The notes below the pieces were generated by a model. That model searched no databases, had not been told where the DNA came from, and worked only from the letters and a program-made list of their open reading frames with translations. A DNA stretch of 64,000 nucleotides from Eledone cirrhosa. Lineage: Eukaryota. Location: assembly GCA_964016885.1 (NCBI GenBank), contig OZ024741.1:17298001-17362000 (forward strand). Direction: 5' to 3'. A program made the translations under genes and the position numbers. This document shows positions 35,100 to 54,800 of this stretch, piece by piece; position 1 is the first letter of the stretch; the number at the start of each line of letters is the position of its first letter.

Positions 35100-35725
35100 A
35101 ATAAACTTAGTCCTTCATCAGTGATCTTCCAGCCTTCATTGGTATTTCATCGCTTTAAAGACCATATACCTCTGGTTGGTGCGAGCAACGGCTAAAGAAA
35201 GTCGTTGGGACACGTAAATAGGGGGAACGAGCGAGACAGTAAACAAACAAAGATGGTAATGCAACGAAAAGTGAGGAAAAAGGAGTCAAGTCCCTGAAAT
35301 CGATGAACATAAGTTCTGTGAAATCGTGGACGAGAGAGAATAAAGATCATCAAACCTGGTCGAAATGTGAGTAAGGAAAGAATTTCGCACAGGTCAAACG
35401 GGAGGAAGTAGGAGAGGGAGTAGCAGAGAGTGAGTGAGTAAAAGTGTGAGGAAGAGGCTAACAGAGAGAGTGACTGGTAGAGGGGGTAAAAGGAAGTGAG
35501 AGATACAGAGAAAAGGTGAAGCAGTAAGAAAGAAACAGACGCGTCACATATATATATATATTATTAAATCCCCCCGAGGTTGATTTTGCCTTTCATCCTT
35601 ACGGGGTCGATAAAATAAAGTACCAGTAATGCACTGGTTAATTGCTGGCCTTGTGCCAAAAGTAGAAACAATTATTATACATATACTTATATATATTCAT
35701 ATATAAACTGTAAATAAATATATCG

Positions 35726-35762
<37 letters not shown>

Positions 35763-35980
35763 AACAAGGGGAGAAGAATACTGCATGGTTGCACATGGAT
35801 TACATATTATACAATTAGTCCCTCGTCAGTGATTTTGCCAACCATCATTGGTATTTCATCGCATTAAAAATCAGATACCTCAGGTTGGTGCGAGCAATAA
35901 CTAAAATAAGCTATTGGGACAAGTGAAACGCGTAAAGCGAGTGAGATAAGTAAACAACAGAAGGAAAAGCAAACCGAAAT
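35100..35980 (-). mobile_element. two diverged copies (35105-35250, 35814-35965) of a probable Penelope-like fragment, with a SINE piece at 35567-35677 between them
   Basis: mutual similarity; minus-strand ctgatga-aggac / ctgacga-gggac half-hammerhead cores; (TA)n flanks. Confidence 0.45.
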
Positions 35981-35984
35981 ATAT

Positions 35985-36040
<56 letters not shown>

Positions 36041-36319
36041 ACAGACATACATATAAAATATATAATGATACGATATATTTATTTACAGTTTGTAAAGTTT
36101 TCTAAATGTTCAAATAAATATAAAACAAAGCTAGGTTTCTATAGCATTAATATCACCCTCAGCCATCCATCTGTGAAACGGCCGTAAATATGTATAATCA
36201 ATAAAGACCTTAATGTGAAACCTCCCCTTGTGTTCGATATATTTACTCTGCCCTAGCATAGAGTGCTGACTTTGGTACCCGTCTCAGTAAATCACGAATT
36301 TACTTAACCACTTAATATT

Positions 36320-36464
36320 ACATACATACGCACACACACAGGCACACACACACAGACACACGCAGAGACACAGACACACACACAGACACACACACAGAGA
36401 CAGACACACACACAGACACACAGACATACACACACAGACACACACAGACACATAGACACACATA

Positions 36465-36539
<75 letters not shown>

Positions 36540-36600
36540 AGACACACACACACACAAGCACGCACACAGACACACCCAGATACTTACACACATATATATA
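36320..36600. repeat. (CA)n/(CAGA)n microsatellite
   Basis: direct reading. Confidence 0.93.
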
Positions 36601-36882
36601 GCGAGAGATGTAAAATCCCCTTATTTTTAGACCGCGGTGCCAAGCGGTTTCGGTTTGTTCAGTAAGTAGGAGGCTGCCGTGATATTTGCAGAGTATAAAA
36701 TATAGGTCACTAGTCGAGGAGTGTATGTGTAAATATCTATACATAAATATAAATATTTGAACACACAATACAAATGAATATTTCTATCTGATATATAAAC
36801 CAGATAAATGACATGAATTGAAGATATTTCTGATATATCATATATCTCCTGTCTACTGTGGCTTCCATATTGGTCATTGTAA

Positions 36883-39800
36883 CATATAGACATACATAGA
36901 CATACATAGACATATATAGACATACATAGACATATATAGACATATATAGACATATATAGACATACATAGACATATATAGACATATATAGACATACATAGA
37001 CATACATAGACATACATAGACATACATAGACATATATAGACATACACAGACATACATAGACATACATAGACATACATCGACATATATAGACATATATAGA
37101 CATATATAGTCATAGATAGACATACATAGACATATATAGACATATATAGACATACATAGACATATATAGACATACATAGACATACATAGACATACATAGA
37201 CATATATAGACATACACAGACATATATAGACGCATATAGAAATACATAGACATACATAGACATATATAGACATATATAGACATATATAGACATACATAGA
37301 CATATATAGACATACATAGACATACATAGACATATATAGACATACATAGACATACATAGACATACATAGACATACATAGAAATACAGAGACATATATAGA
37401 TAGACATAAACATATAAAGACATACATAGACATATATAGACATACATAGATATACATAGACATATATAGACATACATAGACATACATAGACATACATAGA
37501 CATACATAGACATATATAGATAGACATAAACATATAAAGACATACATAGACATATATAGACATACATAGACATATATAGACATACATAGACATACATAGA
37601 CATACATAGACATACATAGACATACATAGACATACATAGACAAACATAGACATACATAGACATACATAGACATACATAGATATATATAGACATACATAGA
37701 CATATAAAGACATACATAGACATATATAGATAGACATAAACATATAAAGACAGACATAGACATATATAGACATACATAGACATACAAAGACATACATAAA
37801 CATACATAGACATACATAGACATATATAGACATACATAGACATACATAGACATATATAGACATACATATACATATAAAGACATATATAGACATATATAGA
37901 CATGCATAGACATACATAGACATATATAGACATACATAGACGTACATAGACATATATAGACATACATAGATATATATAAACATATATAGATATACATAGA
38001 CATACATAGACATACATAGACATATATAGACATATATAGATATATATAGACATATATAGACATATATAGACATACATAGACATATATAGACATATATAGA
38101 CATACATAGATATACATAGACATATATAGACATATATAGACATACATAGACATACATAGACATACATAGATAGACATATATAGACATATATAGACATATA
38201 TAGACATACATAGACATACATAGACATACATAGACATATATAGACATACATAGACATACATAGACATATATAGACATACATAGACATACATAGACATACA
38301 TAGACATACATAGACATACATACACATATATAGACATACATAGACATATATAGACATACATAGACATACATAGACATACATAGACATACATAGACATACA
38401 TAGATATATATAGACATTTATAGACATACATAGACATACATAGACATACATAGACATACATAGACATACATAGACATATATAAACATACATAGACATATA
38501 TAGACATACATAGACATACATAGATATATATAGACATATATAGACATATATAGACATACATAGACATAGATAGACATATATAGACATATATAGATATATA
38601 TAGACATACATAGACATACATAGACATACATAGACATACATAGACATATATAGACATATATAGACATATATAGATATACATAGACATATATAGACATATA
38701 TAGACATATATAGACATATATAAACATACATAGACATACATATATAGATATACATAGACATATATAGACATACATCGACATACATAGACATACATAGACA
38801 TACATAGACATATATAGACATATATAGACATACATAGACATATACATAGACATACATAGAAATATATAGACATACATAGACATGAATAGACATACATAGA
38901 CATACATAGACATACATAGACATATATAGACATACATAGACATATATAGACATATATAGACATACATAGACATATATAGACATATATAGACATACATAGA
39001 CATACATAGACATACATAGACATACATAGACATACATAGACATACATATACATATGTAGACATACATAGACATATATAAACATATATAGACATACATAGA
39101 CATATATAGACATACATAGACATATATAGACTTACATAGACATACATAGACATACATAGACATATATAGACATACATAGACATATATAGATATACATAGA
39201 CATATATAGACATATATAGACATATATAGACATATATAGACATACATAGACATACATAGACATACATAGACATATATAGACATATATAGACATATATAGA
39301 CATACATAGACATATATAGACATACATAGACATACATAGACATACATAGACATATATAGACATATATAGATATACATAGACATATATAGACATATATAGA
39401 CATATATAGACATATATAGACATACATAGACATACATAGACATACATAGACATACAAAAACATAGATAGACACAAATAGACATATATAGAATTATATAGA
39501 CATACATAGACATATATAGACATACATAGACATACATAGACATATATAGACATATATAGATATATATAGACATACATAGACATACATAGACATACATAGA
39601 CATACATAGACATATATAGACATATATAGACATACATAGACATATATAAACATATATAGACATATATAGATATATATAGACATACATAGACATACATAGA
39701 CATACATAGACATACATAGACATATATAGACATATATAGACATATATAGACATACATAGACATATATAGACATACATAGACATACATAGACATACATAGA

Positions 39801-42800
39801 CATACATAGACATACATAGACACATATAGACATACATAGACATATATAGACATATAGAGACATATATAGACATACATAGACATATATAGACATATATAGA
39901 CATATATAGATATATATAGACATACATAGACATATATAGACATACATAGACATATATAGACATATATAGACATACATAGACATATATAGACATATATAGA
40001 CATACATAGACATACATAGACATATATAGACATATATAGATATATATAGACATACATAGAAATACATAGACATACATAGACATACATAGACACACATAGA
40101 CATACATAGACATACATAGACATACATAGACATACATAGACATATATAGACATACATAGACATACATAGACATACATAGACATACATAGACATACATAGA
40201 CACAAATGGACATACATAGACATATATAGACATACATAGACATATATAGACATACATAGACATACATAGACATATATAGACATATATAGACATATATAGA
40301 TATACATAGACATATATAGACATATATAGACATATATAGACATACATAGACACACATAGACATACATAGACATACAAAAACATACATAGACACATATAGA
40401 CATATATAGAATTATATAGACATACATAGACATATATAGACATACATAGACATGCATAGACATATATAGACATATATAGATATATATAGACATACATAGA
40501 CATACATAGACATACATAGACATACATAGACATACATAGACATATATAGACATATATAGACATACATAGACATATATAAACATATATAGACATATATAGA
40601 TATATATAGACATACATAGACATACATAGACATACATAAACATACATAGACATATATAGACATATATAGACATATATAGACATACATAGACATATATAGA
40701 CATACATAGACATACATAGACATACATAGACATACATAGACATACATAGACACATATAGACATACATAGACATATATAGACATATATAGACATATATAGA
40801 CATACATAGACATATATAGACATATATAGACATATATAGATATATATAGACATACATAGACATACATAGACATACATAGACATACATAGACATATATAGA
40901 CATATATAGACATATATAGACATATATAGACATATATAGACATACATAGACATACATAGACATATATAGACATATATAGACATACATAGACATACATAGA
41001 CATACATAGACATACATAGACACACATAGACACACATAGACATACATAGACATACATAGACATACATAGACATACATAGACATATATAGACATACATAGA
41101 CATACATAGACATACATAGACACAAACGGACATACATAGACATATATAGACATACATAGACATATATAGTCATATATAGACATACATAGACATATATAGA
41201 CATACATAGACATACATAGACATACATAGACATACATAGACATACATAGACATATATAGACATACATAGACATACATAGACATACATAGACATATATAGA
41301 TTGACATATATACATAGACATACATAGACATACATAGACATATATAGACATATATAGATATACATAGACATACATAGACATACATAGACATATATAGACA
41401 TACATAGATATATTTTGACATACATAGACATATATAGACATACATAGACATACATAGACATATATAGACATATATAGACATATATAGACATACATTGACA
41501 TACATAGACATACATAGACATACATAGACATACATAGACATACATAGACATACATAGACATACATAAACATACATAGACATACATAGACATACATAGACA
41601 TATATAGACATACATAGACATATATAGACATATATAGACATACATAGACATACATAGACATACATAGACATACATAGACATATACATAGACATACATAGA
41701 CATACATAGACATATATAGACATACATAGACATACATAGACATACATAGACATACATACACATACATAGACATACATAGACATATACATAGACATACATA
41801 GACATCTATAGACATATATAGACATACATAGACATACATAGACATATATAGACAAACATAGACATATATAGACATATACAGACATACATAGATATACATA
41901 GACATACATAGACATATATAGATATACATAGACATACATAGACATACATAGACATACATAGACATACATAGACATACATAGACATACATAGACATATATA
42001 GACTTACATAGACATACATAGACATATATAGACATATATAGACATATATAGATATATATAGACATACATAGACATACATAGACATACATAGACATATATA
42101 GACATATATAGACATATATAGACATACATAGACATATATAGACATACATAGACATACATAGACATACATAGACATACATAGACATACATAGACACATATA
42201 GACATACATAGACATATATAGACATATAGAGACATATATAGACATACATAGACATATATAGACATATATAGACATATATAGATATATATAGACATACATA
42301 GACATATATAGACATACATAGACATATATAGACATATATAGACATACATAGACATATATAGACATATATAGACATACATAGACATACATAGACATATATA
42401 GACATATATAGATATATATAGACATACATAGAAATACATAGACATACATAGACATACATAGACACACATAGACATACATAGACATACATAGACATACATA
42501 GACATACATAGACATATATAGACATACATAGACATACATAGACATACATAGACATACATAGACATACATAGACACAAATGGACATACATAGACATATATA
42601 GACATACATAGACATATATAGACATACATAGACATACATAGACATATATAGACATATATAGACATATATAGATATACATAGACATATATAGACATATATA
42701 GACATATATAGACATACATAGACACACATAGACATACATAGACATACAAAAACATACATAGACACATATAGACATATATAGAATTATATAGACATACATA

Positions 42801-45800
42801 GACATATATAGACATACATAGACATGCATAGACATATATAGACATATATAGATATATATAGACATACATAGACATACATAGACATACATAGACATACATA
42901 GACATACATAGACATATATAGACATATATAGACATACATAGACATATATAAACATATATAGACATATATAGATATATATAGACATACATAGACATACATA
43001 GACATACATAAACATACATAGACATATATAGACATATATAGACATATATAGACATACATAGACATATATAGACATACATAGACATACATAGACATACATA
43101 GACATACATAGACATACATAGACACATATAGACATACATAGACATATATAGACATATATAGACATATATAGACATACATAGACATATATAGACATATATA
43201 GACATACATAGACATACATAGACATACATAGACATACATAGACATATATAGACATATATAGACATACATAGACATATATAAACATATATAGACATATATA
43301 GATATACATAGACATACATAGACATACATAGACATACATAGACATATATAGACATATATAGACATACATAGACATATATAAACATATATAGACATATATA
43401 GATATATATAGACATACATAGACATACATAGACATACATAAACATACATAGACATATATAGACATATATAGACATATATAGACATACATAGATATATATA
43501 GACATACATAGACATACATAGACATACATAGACATACATAGACATATATAGACATATATAGACATATATAGACATATATAGACATATATAGACATACATA
43601 GACATACATAGACATATATAGACATATATAGACATACATAGACATACATAGACATACATAGACACACATAGACACACATAGACACACATAGACATACATA
43701 GACATACATAGACATACATAGACATACATAGACATATATAGACATACATAGACATACATAGACATACATAGACACAAACGGGCATACATAGACATATATA
43801 GACATACATAGACATATATAGTCATATATAGACATACATAGACATATATAGACATACATAGACATACATAGACATACATAGACATACATAGACATACATA
43901 GACATATATAGACATACATAGACATACATAGACATACATAGACATATATAGATTGACATATATACATAGACATACATAGACATACATAGACATATATAGA
44001 CATATATAGATATACATAGACATACATAGACATACATAGACATATATAGACATACATAGATATATTTTGACATACATAGACATATATAGACATACATAGA
44101 CATACATAGACATATATAGACATATATAGACATATATAGACATACATTGACATACATAGACATACATAGACATACATAGACATACATAGACATACATAGA
44201 CATACATAGACATACATAAACATACATAGACATACATAGACATACATAGACATATATAGACATACATAGACATATATAGACATATATAGACATACATAGA
44301 CATACATAGACATACATAGACATACATAGACATATACATAGACATACATAGACATACATAGACATATATAGACATACATAGACATACATAGACATACATA
44401 GACATACATACACATACATAGACATACATAGACATATACATAGACATACATAGACATCTATAGACATATATAGACATACATAGACATACATAGACATATA
44501 TAGACAAACATAGACATATATAGACATATACAGACATACATAGATATACATAGACATACATAGACATATATAGATATACATAGACATACATAGACATACA
44601 TAGACATACATAGACATACATAGACATACATAGACATACATAGACATATATAGACTTACATAGACATACATAGACATATATAGACATATATAGACTTACA
44701 TAGACATACATAGACATATATAGACATACATACACATACATATACATACATAGACATATATAGACATATATAGACATATATAGACATACATAGACATACA
44801 TAGACATATATAGACATAGATAGACATACATAGACATATATAGACATACATAGACGTACATATACATATATAGACATACATATACATACATAGACATACA
44901 TAGACATACATAGACATATATAGACATATAATAACATATATAGACATACATAGATATATATAGATATATATAGACATATATAGACATATATAGACATATA
45001 TAGATATACATAGACATATATAGACATACATAGACATATATAGACATACATAGACATACAGAGACATACATAGACTTACATAGACATATATAGACATATA
45101 TAGACATACATAGACATATATAGACATACATAGACATACATATATAGATATACATAGACATATATAGACATACATCGCCATACATAGACATACATAGACA
45201 TACATAGACATACATAGACATATATAGACATACATAGACATATACATAGACATACATAGACATATATAGACATACATAGACATGAATAGACATACATAGA
45301 CATACATAGACATACATAGACATATATAGACATACATAGACATATATAGACATATATAGACATACATAGACATATATAGACATATATAGACATACATAGA
45401 CATACATAGACATACATAGACATACATAGACATATATAGAAATATATAGACATACATAGACATACATAGACATACATAGACATACATAGACATATATAGA
45501 CATATATAGACATACATAGACATACATAGACATACATAGACATACATAGACATACATAGACATACATAGACATATATAGACATATATAGACATATATAGA
45601 CATACATAGACATACATAGACATACATAGACATACATAGACATACATAGACATACAGAGACATATATAGACATATATAGATATACATAGATGTATATAGA
45701 CATATATAGACAAACATAGACATACATAGACATACATAGACATACATAGATATATATAAACATACATAGACATACATAGAGATATATAAACATACATAGA

Positions 45801-48800
45801 CATACATAGACATACATAGGCATACATAGACATATATAGACATACATAGACATACATAGACATGCATAGACATATATAGACATACATAGATATATATAGA
45901 TATACATAGACATACATAGACATATATAGACATATATAGACATACATAGACATACATAGACATACATAGACATACATAGACATACATAGACATATATAGA
46001 TAGACATATATACATATATAGACATACATAGACATACATAGACATACATAGACATACATAGACGTACATAGACATACATAGACATACATAGACATATATA
46101 GACATACATAGACAAACATAGACATACATAGACATACATCAACATACATAGACATACATAGACATACAGAGACATATATAGACATATATAGACATATATA
46201 GACATACATAGACATATATAGACATACATAGACATATATAGACATACATAGACATATATAGACATATATAGACATACATAGACATACATTGACATATATA
46301 GACATACATAGACATACATAGACATATATAGACATATATAGACATATATAGACATACATAGACATACATAGGCATACATTGACATACATAGACATGCATA
46401 GATATACATAGACATACATAGACATACATAGACATACATAGACATATATAGACATACATAGACATACATAGACATACATAGACATACATAGACATACATA
46501 GACATACATAGACATACATAGACATATATAGACATACATAGACATATATAGACATATATAGACATACATAGACATACATAGACATATATAGACATATATA
46601 GACATACATAGACATATATAGACATACATCGACATACATAGACATATATAGACATAAATAGATATATATAGACATACATAGACATACATAGACATACATA
46701 GACATATATAGACATACATAGACATATATAGACATATATAGACATACATAGACATACATGGACATACATAGACATATATAGACATATATTGACATATATA
46801 GACATACATAGACATACATAGACATATATATAGACATACATAGACATATATAGACATATATAGACATACATAGACATACATAGACATACATAGACATACA
46901 TAGACATACATAGACATATATAGACATATATAGACATATATAGACATACATAGACATACATAGATATATATAGACATACATAGACATACATAGACATACA
47001 TAGACATACATAGACATATATAGACATACATAAATATATATAGACATACATAGACATACATAGACATACATAGACATACATAGTCACACATAGACACACA
47101 TAGACATACATAGACATACATAGACGTACATAGACATATATAGATATATACAGACATATATAGACATACATAGACATATATAGACATACATAGACATACA
47201 TAGACATATATAGACATTTATAGACATATATAGACATACATAGACATATATAGACATACATATACATACATATATCGATATACATAGACATATATAGACA
47301 TACATCGACATACATAGACATACATAGATAGACATAGACATATATAGACATATATAGACATACATCGACATACATAGACATACATAGACATACATAGACA
47401 TATATAGATATATATAGACATACATAGACATACATAGACATGAATAGTCATACATAGACATACATAGACATACATAGACATACATAGACATACATAGACA
47501 TATATAGACATACATAGACATACATAGACATATATAGATATACATATATAGATATACATAGATATACATAGACATATATAGACATATATAGACATATATA
47601 GACATACATCGACATACATAGACATACGTAGACATATATAGACATATATAGACACATATAGACATACATCGACATACATAGACATACATAGACATACATA
47701 GACATATATAGACATATATAGACATATATAGATATACATAGACATATATAGACATATATAGACATATATAGACATATATAGACATATATAGACATACATA
47801 GACATATATAGACATACATAGACATATATAGATATACATAGACATACATAGACATACATAGACATACATAGACATACATAGACATACATAGACATATATA
47901 GATAGACATATATACATATATAGACATACATAGACATATATAGACATATATAGACATACATAGACATACATAGACATACATAGACATACATGGACATACA
48001 CAGACATATATAGATAGACATATATACATATATAGACATACATAGACATACATAGACATATATAGACATACATAGACATATATAGACATACATAGACATA
48101 TATAGACATACATAGACATACATAGACATACATAGACATACATATACATATATAGACATACATAGACATATATAGACATACATAGACATACATAGACATA
48201 CATAGACATACATAGACATATATAGACATACATAGACATATATAGACATACATAGACATATATAGACATACATAGACATATATAGACATACATAGACATA
48301 CATAGACATATATAGACATACATAGATATACATAGACATACATAGACATATATAGACATACATAGACATATAAAGACATACATAGACATACATAGACATA
48401 CATAGACATGTATAGACATATATAGACATATATAGACATACATAGACATACATAGACATACATAGACATATATAGACATACATAGACATATATAGACATA
48501 CATAGACATACATCGACATACATAGACATATATAGACATACATAGACATGTATAGACATATATAGACATACATAGACATATGTAGACCTATATAGACATA
48601 TATAGACATATATAGACATACATAGACATATATAGACATATATAGACATACATAGACATACATAGACATACATAGACAAACATAGACATACATCGACATA
48701 CATAGACATACATAGACATACATAGACATATATAGATATATATAGACATATATAGACATACATAGACATACATAGACATATATAGACATACATAGACATA

Positions 48801-51800
48801 TATAGAGATACATAGACATACATAGACATACATAGACATACATAGACATACATAGACATATATAGATATATATAGACATATATAGACATACATAGACATA
48901 CATAGACATACATAGACATACATAGACATATATAGACATATATAGACATACATAGACATACATAGACATACATAGACATACATAGACATACATAGACATA
49001 CATAGACATATATAGACATATATAGATATACATAGACATATATAGACATATATAGACATATATAGACATATATAGACATACATAGACATACATAAACATA
49101 TATAGACATACATAGACATACATAGACATATATAGACATATATAGACATATATAGACATACATAGACATACATAGACATACATAGACATACATAGACATA
49201 CATAGACATACATAGACATACAGAGACATATATAGACATATATAGATATACATAGACATATATAGACATATATAGACATATATAGACATACATAGACATA
49301 CATAGACATACATAGATATATATAAACATACATAGACATACATAGAGATATATAGACATACATAGACATACATAGACATACATAGGCATACATAGACATA
49401 TATAGACATACATAGACATACATAGACATACATAGACATATATAGATATACATAGACATACATAGACATATATAGACATATATAGACATATATAGACATA
49501 CATAGACATACATAGATATATATAGACATACATAGACATACATAGACATACATAGACATATATAGACATACATAAATATATATAGACATACATAGACATA
49601 CATAGACATACATAGACATACATAGTCACACATAGACACACATAGACATACATAGACATACATAGACATACATAGACATATATAGATATATATAGATATA
49701 TATAGACATACATAGACATATATAGACATACATAGACGTACATAGACATATGTAGATATATATAGACATATATAGACATACATAGACATATATAGACATA
49801 CATAGACATACATAGACATATATAGCCATTTATAGACATATATAGACATACATAGACATATATAGACATACATAGACATACATATATAGATATACATAGA
49901 CATATATAGACATACATCGACATACATAGACATACATAGATAGACATAGACATATATAGACATATATAGACATACATAGACATACATAGATATACATAGA
50001 CATACATAGACATACATAGACATATATAGATATATATAGACATACATCGACATACATAGACATACATAGACAAATATAGATAGACATATATACATATATA
50101 GATATACATAGACATACATAGACATACATAGACATACATAGACGTACATAGACATACATAGACATACATAGACATATATAGACATACATAGACATACATA
50201 GACATACATAGACATACATCAACATACATAGACATACATAGACATACATAGACATATATAGACATACATAGACATATATAGACATACAGAGACATATATA
50301 GACATATATAGACATATATAGACATACATAGACATATATAGACATACATAGACATATATAGACATACATATACATATATAGACATATATAGACATACATA
50401 GACATACATAGACATATATAGACATACATAGACATACATAGACATACATAGACATATATAGACATATATAGACATACATAGACATACATAGACATACATT
50501 GACATACATAGACATGCATAGATATACATAGACATACATAGATATACATAGACATACATAGACATATATAGACATACATAGACATACATAGACATACATA
50601 GACATACATAGACATACATAGACATACATAGACATACATAGACATACATAGACATATATAGACATACATAGACATATATAGACATATATAGACATACATA
50701 GACATACATAGACATATATAGACATATATAGACATACATAGACATATATAGACATACATAGTCATACATAGACATATATAGACATAAATAGATATATATA
50801 GACATACATAGACATACATAGACATACATAGACATATATAGACATACATAGACATATATAGACATATATAGACATACATAGACATACATGGACATACATA
50901 GACATATATAGACATATATAGACATACATAGACATACATAGACATACATAGACATACATAGACATACATAGACATACATAGACATATATAGACATATATA
51001 GACATAAATAGATATATATAGACATACATAGACATACATAGACATACATAGACATATATAGATATATATAGACATATATAGACATATATAGACATATATA
51101 GACATACATAGACATACATAGACATACATAGATATATATAAACATACATAGACATACATAGAGATATATAGACATACATAGACATACATAGACATACATA
51201 GGCATACATAGACATATATAGACATACATAGACATACATAGACATACATAGACATATATAGACATACATAGACATACATAGACATATATAGACATATATA
51301 GACATATATAGACATACATAGACATACATAGATATATATAGACATACATAGACATACATAGACATATATAGACATACATAAATATATATAGACATACATA
51401 GACATACATAGACATACATAGACATACATAGTCACACATAAACACACATAGACATACATAGACATACATAGACATACATAGACATATATAGATATATATA
51501 GACATATATAGACATACATAGACATATATAGACATACATAGACGTACATAGACATATGTAGATATATATAGACATATATAGACATACATAGACATATATA
51601 GACATACATAGACATACATAGACATATATAGCCATTTATAGACATATATAGACATACATAGACATATATAGACATACATAGACATACATATATAGTCACA
51701 CATAGACACACATAGACATACATAGACATACATAGACATACATAGATAGACATAGACATATATAGACATATATAGACATACATAGACATACATAGATATA

Positions 51801-54800
51801 CATAGACATACATAGACATACATAGACATATATAGATATATATAGACATACATCGACATACATAGACATACATAGACAAATATAGATAGACATATATACA
51901 TATATAGATATACATAGACATACATAGACATACATAGACATACATAGACGTACATAGACATACATAGACATACATAGACATATATAGACATACATAGACA
52001 TACATAGACATACATAGACATACATCAACATACATAGACATACATAGACATACATAGACATATATAGACATACATAGACATATATAGACATACAGAGACA
52101 TATATAGACATATATAGACATATATAGACATACATAGACATATATAGACATACATAGACATATATAGACATACATATACATATATAGACATATATAGACA
52201 TACATAGACATACATAGACATATATAGACATACATAGACATACATAGACATACATAGACATATATAGACATATATAGACATACATAGACATACATAGACA
52301 TACATTGACATACATAGACATGCATAGATATACATAGACATACATAGATATACATAGACATACATAGACATATATAGACATACATAGACATACATAGACA
52401 TACATAGACATACATAGACATACATAGACATACATAGACATACATAGACATATATAGACATACATAGACATATATAGACATATATAGACATACATAGACA
52501 TACATAGACATATATAGACATATATAGACATACATAGACATATATAGACATACATAGTCATACATAGACATATATAGACATAAATAGATATATATAGACA
52601 TACATAGACATACATAGACATACATAGACATATATAGACATACATAGACATATATAGACATATATAGACATACATAGACATACATGGACATACATAGACA
52701 TATATAGACATATATAGACATACATAGACATACATAGACATACATAGACATACATAGACATACATAGACATACATAGACATATATAGACATATATAGACA
52801 TATATAGACATACATTGACATACATAGATATATATAGACATACATAGACATACATAGACATACATAGACATACATAGACATATATAGACATACATAAATA
52901 TATATAGACATACATAGACATACATAGACATACATAGACATACATAGTCACACATAGACACACATAGACATACATAGACATACATAGACATACATAGACA
53001 TATATAGATATATATAGACATATATAGACATACATAGACACATATAGACATACATAGACGTACATAGACATATATAGATATATATAGACATATATAGACA
53101 TACATAGACATATATAGACATACATAGACATACATAGACATATATAGCCATTTATAGACATATATAGACATACATAGACATATATAGACATACATAGACA
53201 TACATATATAGATATACATAGACATATATAGACATACATCGACATACATAGACATACATAGATAGACATAGACATATATAAACATATATAGACATACATA
53301 GACATACATAGATATACATAGACATACATAGATATACATAGACATATATAGATATATATAGACATACATCGACATACATAGACATACATAGACATACATA
53401 GACATATATAGATATATATAGACATACATAGACATACATAGACATGAATAGTCATACATAGACATACATAGACATACATAGACATACATAGACATACATA
53501 GACATATATAGACATACATAGACATACATAGACATATATAGATATACATATATAGATATACATAAATATACATAGACATATATAGACATATATAGACATA
53601 TATAGACATACATCGACATACATAGACATACATAGACATATATAGACATATATAGACACATATAGACATACATCGACATACATAGACATACATAGACATA
53701 CATAGACATATATAGACATATATAGACATATATAGATATACATAGACATATATAGACATATATAGACATATATAGACATATATAGACATACATAGACATA
53801 CATAGACATACATAGACATACATAGATATACATAGACATATATAGACATACATAGACATATATAGACATACATAGACATACATAGACATATATAGATATA
53901 CATATATAGATATACATAAATATACATAGACATATATAGACATATATAGACATATATAGACATACATCGACATACATAGACATACATAGACATATATAGA
54001 CATATATAGACACATATAGACATACATCGACATACATAGACATACATAGACATACATAGACATATATAGACATATATAGACATATATAGATATACATAGA
54101 CATATATAGACATATATAGACATATATAGACATATATAGACATACATCGACATACATAGACATACATAGACATATATAGACATACATAGACATATATAGA
54201 CATACATAGACATATATAGACATACATAGACATACATAGACATACATAGACATACATATACATATATAGACATACATAGACATATATAGACATACATAGA
54301 CATACATAGACATACATAGACATACATAGACATATATAGACATACATAGACATATATAGACATACATAGACATATATAGACATACATAGACATATATAGA
54401 CATACATAGACATACATAGACATATATAGACATACATAGATATACATAGACATACATAGACATATATAGACATACATAGACATATAAAGACATACATAGA
54501 CATACATAGACATACATAGACATGTATAGACATATATAGACATATATAGACATACATAGACATACATAGACATACATAGACATATATAGACATACATAGA
54601 CATATATAGACATACATAGACATACATCGACATACATAGACATATATAGACATACATAGACATGTATAGACATATATAGACATACATAGACATATGTAGA
54701 CCTATATAGACATATATAGACATATATAGACATACATAGACATATATAGACATATATAGACATACATAGACATACATAGACATACATAGACAAACATAGA

